NCBI GenBank assembly: GCA_976551045.1
Contig: CDPCPM010000015.1
Span: 5,208,001-5,272,000 of the forward strand
Source of the DNA: Glaucostegus cemiculus
Taxonomy: Eukaryota
Length of the DNA stretch: 64,000 nt
Reading direction: 5' to 3'
Part shown: positions 39,693 through 50,150 of the stretch, in pieces
How the letters are laid out: each line of letters opens with the position of its first letter
How positions within the stretch are numbered: the first letter of the stretch is position 1
The notes under the pieces: generated by a model
Told to the model about the DNA's origin: nothing
Seen by the model: only the letters and a program-made list of their open reading frames with translations
Database searches by the model: none
Program-made: the position numbers and the translations under genes

Positions 39693-41760
39693 GTGAGAAT
39701 CAAACTTGCTCATTTTCTTTCTACAAGTAGCCTTGTATTTTTTTTAATTTTATCTGTTAAGTTGCTAATTTATGGACCTGTCTGGGCATTGTTTTGCTAG
39801 GTATTTGAATGATTGGCTGCATCGAATTAGGCAGATGCAGTGTTTAGTTGAGTACAGTGTGGGCACATTAAGAATTACTTAATCAGTTACAATAGCCAAG
39901 TGGTAAAATTACTTGATCAGTGTTCCAGGGGCGTGGGTTATAATAGAGGATATAATTTAAAATCCCTTCACTCAGTTAAATAAATCTAGAATAAAAATGT
40001 AGTATTTGTAATAATATTTGATTAAGAGCCCACTTGGTTCACTGATGAGAATGAAATTTTGGCATCCTTATTTACGTGAGATTTCAGATCTATAACAAAG
40101 TGGCCGACTGAACTGCCTTTTGAAGTGGATAATGCTGGGCATCACTGTTGACCAGTAATCTACTTGAGCAGCTATCTAAATAATATGATTTTATGAGCAG
40201 GTCAGAGGCTCATTCATCCCCTAATTCTCCATATCTTTCACTTTTTGCAGAGCACAAATGAAACATTGTAGAATTCTCTGTACTTTCCCTTGAATGTATA
40301 CTTCCCCTGACACAGGCTTGAAGCTTGATATTCTCCAGGAGAAAGGTCCAAGTACATAGGCATAGTTGTCTTGCATGCTATCCTGTTTGGAAATTTGTTG
40401 CTTATCCTTTATTTTTGGTGAGTCTAAATTCTGGAATTCCCACAAAATAAGACCTGGAATCAATAGCAATATACAGACACCATTGGTTTAAGAAGATTAT
40501 CAATACCACCAGTATCCACAATCACACGAAATCTGGAAAAAAGTTGTTGCATATTATATAGCCGTGCTGGCTATTCAGAGTGCATGTCATTTAGTTTATG
40601 TCTGATAGCCTGAGCTTTGGGTGTTATCATCCAGCACAGGAAAAAGGTCATTAGGTATCTGTTTATCTTTGTAAATTGTTTTCCTTTGGAAGTAGCTATT
40701 AAAGATCTTCCAGCACTCTTTGAGGTAGCACATTACCAAGTTCTACTTAAAAGTATTTTTAAAAAAACCCTCTTCTTATCAGATTAGGTTCTTTAAATCA
40801 CCTTAAATTTGTATTCCTCAGTTGCTGACCTTTCTGCCACAAGGATATAATTTATTTAGATCAGTTGGCTATTGTACAATTGGATGATTTCAATTTTGTA
40901 GGGAGCTTATTTATGAAGCATATGGTCATCGTATGTGCCAGGGTGAAATTTATTAAGTTAGTGCCTATTTTCTGCTGAATTGTTATTAGATTTTGCTATG
41001 AACCTGCAGCCGGTGGAAAATTAACTTTTTAGATAAAGGAAAGGCAGGTTAAAAACCATTTAGTTTATTAAATCCATTTAATGCTTATGTAGTGCAATTT
41101 CTGTATATCATTGTGCCCCCACCGCCCAAGTCTAGAATCTCAGAGAGAGGCAATAAAGGAAAACCTCAATTTTCTTCTGCTGTCCATTGGTTGCCAAGTG
41201 TGGAAACTCCTGATGCTGCATATTCTTTCAATACACATAGATGTTAGCCACACTTGGGAACTCATCTAGATTTTCTGTTTTAAATGCTTGTATTGAGTCT
41301 GTAATTTTGTTGTGCATACACTGAATCTGCATTGACTGCATATGCCAGCAATGATTCCAGAGTTCTTTCTGGGGTGGGGGGGGGGGGCAGGATGAAATAT
41401 CTCTTACCATCTAACATTAATCTTTGCTTTTCTATCTCAAGTTTGTTTCCCTAAATCCATTGTATTATATCCAGTTTGTATGGTTTAACAACCAGCCACT
41501 ATAATTACATTATTTTATAAGATTAAAAATATATACTTTTCTAAACTAAAACACTTGCATGCTTGATAGTTATTATATGTAAATTAGGTATCAGTCTAGT
41601 GATCCGTCTTAAACCTGTTCCAGGACTTCCATGTTCCATGCCTTGGCAGGTGTAAAATTGCCCAAGGACTCGAAAGCAACAAGGCTAATATTTCTCGTAC
41701 ACAATGAATTATCCTGACCAAATATCCTGCTTGCCTTTTAGGAATTTTACAGCATTAGTT

Positions 41761-41900
41761 ATCAGAATCAGAATCAGTTTTATTGTCACAACCATATACA
41801 TACATGGTACGCATAGGAGCGAGATACCGTCCTCCACAGGAACACGTCTCATAGAAAAGAATAACATAACAACCAACAGAGAGACACATACACACTTGGC
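41761..41900 (-). mobile_element. 3' end of a non-LTR retroelement with (TTCTGA)n tail (copy 2 of 3)
   Basis: atcagaatcagaatcagttttattgtcac...gcataggagcgagatacc. Confidence 0.7.
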
Positions 41901-43139
41901 AGAATACACAGTACAAAACATTACCCATTAGTTCTTACATAAATAGATCTTAAAGTGAACGGGCTGGTGTCAGGCATTTAAAGTGCTGGTGCATTTCTGT
42001 GCACCTAGCATCTCCTAGTGTTAACAAAGGAAGATGGAGGGATGACATTCTGTAATCTCTAAGCTTTCTTGGCAGGCTTGAGCATGCAACCATGCATCGT
42101 GTATTATTGCTTACTGTTATTGCGCATGCCCAAGTGTATTTTTGTACATTAAAAGCCAAATAAATGTCCATTTCTTAAACCATCTGAAATCTGTTTTTAG
42201 TGATCTAAAGACCCTTCACTTATCTTTATGCCATCTGTGAACTTGTAGATAATTTTCCTGATGCTTTCATCCAGATAATTGGCAAAATTAGAGAAATGTC
42301 TTTAACAACTTGATAGTAAATGTTTATCTTCGTAGAAGCACTACCATTAAAAATCCTTTTGATAGAAATGCAGCCACATCTTTTATCCAGTCCAAAATCT
42401 GTTTTCCCCATCCCAAGAGAATCAATTGTAGTATGTTTTAAACTTGTAAATTGTTGTATTTTTGCGCGAGAATGTGATGTCCTTCACAGTTCAGGACACT
42501 TCACCTAGCACATCTTGCTGTGATGTGTGCAAGGGCTTGCCACTCCTTTGATGTTGAGGAAGCAGCTGTAATAATATCAATGCAATCATTTATGTGGTTG
42601 GCAACTGAAATTAGATACCTAACTTGAGGATTCTCATCTTCCAAAGGTTTAGGAAGTAATAGACAACACTTGCATAGTGCAATATGTTCTCCTTTAGAAC
42701 CTAGAACTCAGAAGTCCAACTTGTGGTTGACCATGAATCTGTTATTCTTAAGCACCCTGCATTGTCTGCAATCTTTTGCCTACTGCTCTGCCCGAGACTG
42801 GGTCCTGAGGATTGAGTGTAATTCCCAACTTGCTTGGTTTTTGAATCCTATCCATGCTACACCTAATGCAGCTCAAGTGCTTTAATAAAGCTAGCTAAGA
42901 GACTGTTGGGATTCTTGTGATTGCTTTTGGAGTATTGAGGATGCAGTTTAACTGTCTTCCTCGCTTTGGAGGCACCCTGCTTTACCCTCCAAAGAGGGTT
43001 GGATATTTGGTCCTTATCTGCTATAACCATACCAGTAAAGAGAGGTGAAGATGGTTAGCGAGGAGGAGCTTATGAGTTTAGTTTGTGTTGCAATTGCCTT
43101 TCATTTAATTCTTCATCACACTTCTACTCAGATGTATTT

Positions 43140-43555
43140 GTCCTTGGCATCCTACAATGTTTCATGAAAGTAAATTCAAGAAGATGACACCTTATCTTCT
43201 GATAAGACACTAACCATACAGACTCAACCTTTATTGTCTAAGATTATTGAAAGCAGCATTCCAGCATTCTCTGCACCTTCCTCTTTGTGCATTTATACTT
43301 ACTTCATCCTGACCTTTTGTTCTACCTGTACCTTCAATTATCATCTTTTTTCACTTTCTTTCCTTTAGTTCTTATGCACTTCTGCCTTCCACTTCTTCAT
43401 CACAGATCTTTTTTCATTCTTCCCATCTCCTAACCAACACTTACTATATTTCTCATTCTTTCCAATTCTCATCAAAGGTTATTGACCTGAAACTCTGTTT
43501 CTCTCATAGAGTCAGGCAGACTCTGTTCTACTTCCATTATTTTCCATTTTTTATT
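43140..43555 (+). mobile_element. Highly degenerate Penelope-like 3' fragment
   Basis: caccttatcttc (HLIF), followed by a pyrimidine-rich spacer and the Penelope-associated terminal repeat; same order as at 58405-59060. Confidence 0.45.
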
Positions 43556-44970
43556 TGCTGTGGTGGTATGATTATTAGAGTTAAATTGTGACTGCCTGTG
43601 TGTGTATGTCTCTCAGTTGTGTTGCTTAAAAAAATCTAAAGCTGTGAGGAGTGAAAAAGGGTTTCTGTCATTGTGCAATAGGTTGTGTGAAAGAGTTTTG
43701 GTCTGAGGGGTATGACTGGTGCAAGTTTGTCTATTTAAAGACAGCATAAGTGAGGCACACTTTTAAGTGTATCAGTCATTCTGAATTTGTTCATGTGGTG
43801 TTCCAAGGTACATTGTGATTCACTTCAGGTCTTCATCTCTACAACCAATTCCTACCATCTCCTCATTATTTCTGTTGCAGAGGAGTTGCCTCCTCGGCTC
43901 CACCTCATCCTTCAGGATATGCATATTGGAATCTGTAAAGCGAGTATATACGCCATCCCCTGCATATCCTTTCACCCAGTCATTTTATCAGGGATATAGT
44001 ACCAAGACTTGTAGTGATGCTGTGGAGCGTGCCCTTTCAGGGCTGGGCTGCTGGTGCCAATTAGCACAGGAATGGATTGGGAAGTACATGATATAAAACC
44101 ATTATTGATTGTTACCCTTACGTTAACAAGTTAAGGGCAGCACTGCTCTCAAAACGTGCCTAGATAGATTCACACAGATTGGCTATTCAATACCACATGT
44201 GATCTTCACAAAGGTACTTTGTCTAGCCTAGATGTCATCCAGACACTGTCATTGTTTAAAAAGGAAATGGGAAGTTCCTACTTCCTAAAATAATGTAAGT
44301 TGAAGAATGAAGATTTCAATCCATAATTTCGCTTTCTGCTCTTTGAATAATACAATTTCACAGTACAAAGGAACAGGCCATTCATCTGCCTCACTTTAGC
44401 ATGTGGGTAGTGACACTTTCCTCTTTCTACTGTGAGCAGAGCAGAAAGAAATAAAAAGCAAGAATTATTTACAGTTTTTTATTTGGCAGAGTGACCATTT
44501 AAACATACAAGTAGTCTTTTTACTGTTGTATACACCTCGGCAGTATGTTCTTGTGGTGTGGTGACAAAGCAATGAAGTAGTTACTGTTTTACATGTCCCC
44601 CTCTTACAAAGGCCTTGGTTGACATTGAGGTGGCTTCACAGTATCTAATGCTACTTGTGCAAGTGTCAATAGATGATTTGTTCCATGCATTCACTTTTCA
44701 GTAGGAGTTGTTGGTTAGTTATGGGAAAAAGATCCCAAAGTGCACTCCTTAACCCAGTGCTCTATCCTGCTTCCAGAAGCTAAAGATTCATTGACTTCTG
44801 TAGCATTGTTCCAGTTTTGTACCAGCTCAGCTGGTACAAGAGAGAGGGATGCAAGAATACATTCTTAATCAAATATGGTCTTTTGTAAATATTCACATAT
44901 TCTTGTGTTAAGTAATCCAGCAAAATTCTGTTGCAAATTTTCCTATTTTAAGTGAATTGTCTACCCCTAG

Positions 44971-45093
44971 ATCCTATGATGAGGCGGCAGTGGAAGCCAA
45001 CTTGCAGCAGGTCACTGTTGAACTGGAAGCCAAGTCCAGCATTGAGTCTGAAACTACATTGGAGGAAGGAACAGAAGAAGAGGAGGAAAAAAC
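44971..45093 (+). CDS. PIP5K1C: PIP5K1C exon 15 (SYDEAAVEANLQQVTVELEAKSSIESETTLEEGTEEEEEK)
   Basis: cccctag|ATCCTAT...AAAAAC|gttagt; 123 nt; LQQVTVELE matches mammalian LQQITVQVE. Confidence 0.88.
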
Positions 45094-46024
45094 GTTAGTC
45101 TTTTGTTACTCAGCATATCGGGGTGTAATATTTGATTATAATTGTGCCATTCATAACAAAATTAACAATAAGGTTAGTAGAAATGGGTTTTCCATTTTGT
45201 AGCAAACATGGAATGATCTCTAAGCTCTTCAACATCTTCCCAGAGGAAGCAGATAAGTATCTTTAGAAAGTTATGAGTATGGATTCTTTTCCACATGAAA
45301 TAATGAATAGTGCAATGTTTTTTCCCTGTGGACACTAGCATAGACTAAAGTGATCAAGGATAGTATGTTTAAAAAAAAAAGGAAGCCTCTTCACTTTGGT
45401 CAGAAAGCAACAAATGGACTAACTATCCTTTCTTAATTCAGGTCATGCTATACAGTTGCTGCATCATGTGACAGAAATGCTTCTCATAAAATGGTAGTAT
45501 GAAGCACCTTGCCACAGAAATCTTCATTAGATCAAAGATGTTTTACCATTCAGCTATTATCATGTTGCTTTTACTAAGTTTTATTAAAATAATTATGAAT
45601 AAGAAATTTTTGGAACAATGTTTTTGAAGATGATTCTTTTCAAATTGTATAACTGGATGAAAATTACTTCATTCTAAGTTGTAAGAAATAAATCTACTTT
45701 TTTGTATTCCTTTCAAAATGTGAGATACAATACATTGGAGATTATTCCCTAAATCTGATGATGTAACATGCATTTTAGGTTGCTCATTTGCATTCTCTCT
45801 GTGCCTAATATTAAATTATTGTGTTGAGAATGTTGCTGTAAAGGGATGGGCTATTTTAGTTGCTTGTTTGTAAACTTAGCTCAACTTCAGTAAATTTGTT
45901 TAATTCCGTACTTGTGAATTTAAAAGCTTTTAATGTGATTGTAAATGGAAGCATGTCCAATTTCTTGAAGCAGTACAATTTAAACATCTTTAAGAAATGA
46001 GTAGAAAATAGCAACGTCTAAAAA

Positions 46025-46235
46025 GTTTTCTGAAGATTTCCTCCTACATGCAAAAGATGTTCTGGTTGGTGGGTTAATTGGCTACTGTGGAAATTGCCCC
46101 ATGTAGATTAGTGGCAGGAGAATGGGAGAAGAGTTGATGGGGATGTAAGAGGAAAAATGGGTTTAGTCTAGCTGTGTGTTTGATGTAGATGGGGACACAG
46201 GCAGAAGGACTTGTTTCTGTACTGTATGACTCTGT
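46025..46235 (+). mobile_element. Degenerate V-SINE fragment
   Basis: tttcctcctacatgcaaaagatg...gggttaattggctactg...gaaggacttgtttctgtactgtatgactct. Confidence 0.6.
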
Positions 46236-46591
46236 CATTGTTTAAAGTTCCATACATTTCATAGTGTGCTATCTATGTATTAATGCTCTGCTTCCAGTAT
46301 TGAGGTTATATGTATCAGCCCATTATCACCACTTCATATTGTGTGTTCAGTTACACACTTGCGTGTTAGCCCACTGTGACTGGTATTGCAACTATAAATT
46401 TATATTGAGACACTGTCCCAATAATTGAGTATGTACACATGTACAGCACTAATGTGTTTCTCATTGGTTGAAGTTATACTCAGTAATATTCACTGTTTTT
46501 AATTAATCCATAATATTTTGGGTGGCATTGAAATTCGTACGTGTTTTCATATTGGAGGACTTCTGAAACCTGTATAAATCTTTGCTTTTAG

Positions 46592-46742
46592 TGAAGTTCC
46601 TTCAGCATCTGCACGTACAAGTTCTACTATCACTTTGGAAGCAGACACTGTGAGCCAGATCTCTGAGGGAGCCAGCCATGCTTCTGAGGAGGCAGAAGAT
46701 GATGAAGAAGATGAGGAGGTTCCAGTTACAGACATATACTTT
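46592..46742 (+). CDS. PIP5K1C: PIP5K1C exon 16 (EVPSASAR...EEAEDDEEDEEVPVTDIYF)
   Basis: gcttttag|TGAAGTT...TACTTT|gtgagt; 151 nt; ends in TDIYF, the common C-terminal end of gamma isoforms. Confidence 0.93.
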
Positions 46743-48264
46743 GTGAGTAACAATTAGCAATTCTGCATGATTTGTAGCAAAGTATGTCAAGACTGTGTAA
46801 AGCAATTTGATAGTTATATTTATAGTTGCACACAAAGTACTTGAGCAGTATTATTGCACAGATAGCTTCATAAACCTGGAAACTACCAGAAGCAACAAAT
46901 CTTACGATGTGAAACCTCCCCAGAAGACATCCTGCTTAAATCCAGTATCTAACACCACTAGTCTAAGGTGGTTAGGCCTAGTTTCTCCTTGCAGTTAGGT
47001 TAACATTAAGTAAGCATCAGCAAAATTTGAAGTCTTTCCCTAAAATTAGTCATGGATGGTGGCTTTGTCAGTTCTACAAAATTGAAACTCATTCTGTGTA
47101 TATAGTCATTGAGTGTTCCAGAATTATTGGGAATTGGATGGTGTGTGTTATTTTTTAAAAATTAAAATTGATGTGAAAGATTACAAATAATTTAAATTTA
47201 GAAAATCTGCTTACCTTTTTTAAGTCCACAGTTATAAAGTATGAGTTTCTACTGTGGCATTACATTATCTTTTACTTAGGATGTGCACCTCTTACATTAT
47301 CTACTCATTGTGGCTCTTAATCCACCAATATGGTGCTCAGCAATGCTTACATTTTATGAGTAGCTGCGTTTCTCACAGTATTACATTTGTGAAGTTCTAA
47401 CGTGTATAAGCTACTGAATAAAGATTGACACCTGTGCATGTTTATTAGATCACAACCATTTTCTGTCTTCCCTACTTGGAGGGAGAGAAGATAAGCCAAA
47501 ATTTCCTTGGGAGCATAATGGCTCCGAGGTGACATGCCTGATGATTGAAATTTGGAATTAATGTGGAAGGAACCTTCTGGCATACTTAACATCATGCTAT
47601 CTTTTGAGCCAGCCATGTTTCAAGGATACCCAGCATTTGTTGCTTGACTGGCCTCTTTGGTGCTGAGAAGGATACACCTGTTATCAGATGCTAAATAAAG
47701 TGTTTATTATACTATTCCAATATAATAAATGTTAGCATGATTGTAATGTGACAAGTAATGCAAATTCCACCAGAAGATAGTGGTTGACAGGTTAGCTCTG
47801 ATTAAATTGAAACATCTTTGTGTATTTGATCATGGACTTTTCTGGCATCTTTCAACTTGAAAAGTAGGATGTATTCCCAGGTAGAAAGCGTACCCGTCTC
47901 ACATTGGAGAGTATAAAGTACATCTGTGTATTTTCATATTTTGTGAAAGAAAGTTAAGCTTTTACTACCAGAATAAATGTGTTGCCAAATATTCAAATAA
48001 ACCGGTAGGATTTGGAGTGCCTGTGATAGTAGATCCAGTTTCCTTAAACAAAAATGTTCATACATTTAGAGGATATCGCAATAAACTATTGCATTGCATT
48101 GGTAAAAGTAAAATAACAGTGGATATGAAGAATCAAAAATTAAAAAGTAATATTAATAGTAGATACAGATTTGTAGCTTATTATAACGAAAGGTATCAAT
48201 TGAATTAGGCCAGTGTTGAGCTGTTTGATTTTTAACATTTTCTGATTCAAATCTTGCCACTATT

Positions 48265-48392
48265 ATCAGAATCAGTGTTATTGTCACTTCTATGTACACA
48301 TACAGTATGCATAGGAGCGAAATACCATTCTCCACAGGTCAAGGTGCTCATCACATTAAAAAAAACAAACACCGAGAGACAAAGACAGACAC
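48265..48392 (-). mobile_element. 3' end of a non-LTR retroelement with (TTCTGA)n tail (copy 3 of 3)
   Basis: atcagaatcagtgttattgtcac...tcaaggtgctcatcacattaaaaaaaac, close to the 36597 copy. Confidence 0.7.
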
Positions 48393-49344
48393 TAAATTTT
48401 GACATGAGTAACATTCTTAAGTGAGTCATTTCCTTAGGTCATATTTCACCAGCTGACAATCTCACTGCTATCCAGTGGGAGTTTCACACTCCTTCTCTTG
48501 AGCCGATATGAAAGCGATGAGTACATTTATTTGATTGCCTTTGATTAGGAGTCCATTGCAAGCAGCTTGAACAAGCGAAGCCCAGAGAAGGGGTAATGAA
48601 GATTTATAAAGTTCCACTGTTGCAGATGTTCCAAGTCTTTCTTACAAAGAAGTTAAAGAGTGTATTCTTGATTATACAGTTTCCTACTTGTGGACCCTAA
48701 AGATAATATCTTGATATCTCCATGAAACTTAGAGGTATAGCTTTTAAAAATTACCATCAGCTTGCCACTGGTGATGACACAGTAGAAATAAGACAAATCC
48801 CAAATAACTTTCTTTCTATTTATTAAATAAACTCAACCAGGGCAGCAGTAGAGATGCCACAATTGGCATGAGGACCATTGAGCTCTTCATCTTTTTGTTG
48901 CAAAAAGTCACCTCCATTTGATTGCATTGAACCAGCTGGATATGGATATCCTGTAAAGAGAGGATTGAGCTCTGTTTTTAGTTTCTAATGCTGAATAGTC
49001 GGCTGGCACAACCTCCTAATTATATTTGCACATGAAGATTAGTCGCTTGGAAAAAAAACCAGGAGTGCTGCTGCTTATAGATCTGTCCTTGACACAAGAT
49101 AACATGGGGAATATAGTTGTCATACCTGTTGAGATTGACCTGAAGCTGGCTGATTTGCCTTGATTAGATGAAAGTTGTATGTAGCTTTCGATTCAAAACC
49201 CACAGCCTTTGAACAGAGTAACTCTCCCTGTTTTTAATTTTGTGGGTTCCTAGAATTATGCTGCATCCTGAAAACCATGAATGTTAAAAATACCTGAAAA
49301 TTCATAACTTCCCAACCAGCCTCTTAGGTCAACCTTACTCCTTC

Positions 49345-49544
49345 CTTCCCACTAAATCATATACCTCAAAAACTTCCCACTAAATCATATACCTCAAAAA
49401 CTTCCCACTAAATCATATACCTCAAAAACTTCCCACTAAATCATATACCTCAAAAACTTCCCACTAAATCATATACCTCAAAAACTTCCCACTAAATCAT
49501 ATACCTCAAAAACTTCCCACTAAATCATATACCTCAAAAACTTC
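49345..49544. repeat. Minisatellite: 7 identical copies of CTTCCCACTAAATCATATACCTCAAAAA (28 bp)
   Basis: Units start at 49345, 49373, 49401, 49429, 49457, 49485 and 49513; no spacers. Confidence 0.97.
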
Positions 49545-49879
49545 TCATTTTTGACAAGCCTCCAGTGGCTTTCTGGAGATTGTCCTTCATTGGTAATGTC
49601 CCACAACTCATTACCCTTGACCAGTTAGAGCACGACTATTATAGTCCCAATCTGAATAGAAAAGTGTGCAATGTCAAATAGGGCTCGATATTGATTTATT
49701 GTTCAACTTGTTCTTGCTCCTTGTGACTAATTTCTTCCTGGTATGACTCTTATAGATGTGATCAATAGTGTTGAGTTCACAGTATATTGGCAAGAAGAGG
49801 CATGTGGGAATTAGGATAATAGTCTGAAAAATTAGACATTGAGATTAGTTTTGCACCGGGTAGAATATTTTTGTAAGAG

Positions 49880-50150
49880 ACTACTCCTTACAGCTGAGTT
49901 GTCGAAGACTGGAGGGCATTGGTGTAAAGTAAGGAGTAGGAGGTTTAGAGGGGATCTGGAAAATAATTTTTTCATCCAGAGAATGGCTGCAATCTGGAAC
50001 ACACTGCCTGAGAAAATGGTGGAGGCAAATACTTTTGCAACATTTAAGAAGCATCTGGACAAACACTTGAATCGTCAAGGCATAATAGGATATGGACCAA
50101 GTGCTGGTAAATAGAATAGAAATAGTCGGCTAAGAGGCTACTCCTGTGAC
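49880..50150 (+). mobile_element. CR1 3'-end fragment
   Basis: Peptide NFFIQRMAAIWNTLPEKMVEANTFATFKKHLDKHL. Confidence 0.8.

Noticed and set aside
45750-45850. Intronic C/D-box snoRNA (TGATGA motifs here and near 52575)
   Set aside because: No properly placed terminal CTGA or closing stem.
49345-49544. CRISPR-like array (28-bp repeats)
   Set aside because: Units abut with no spacers, there are no cas genes, and the context is a vertebrate intron; it is a minisatellite.
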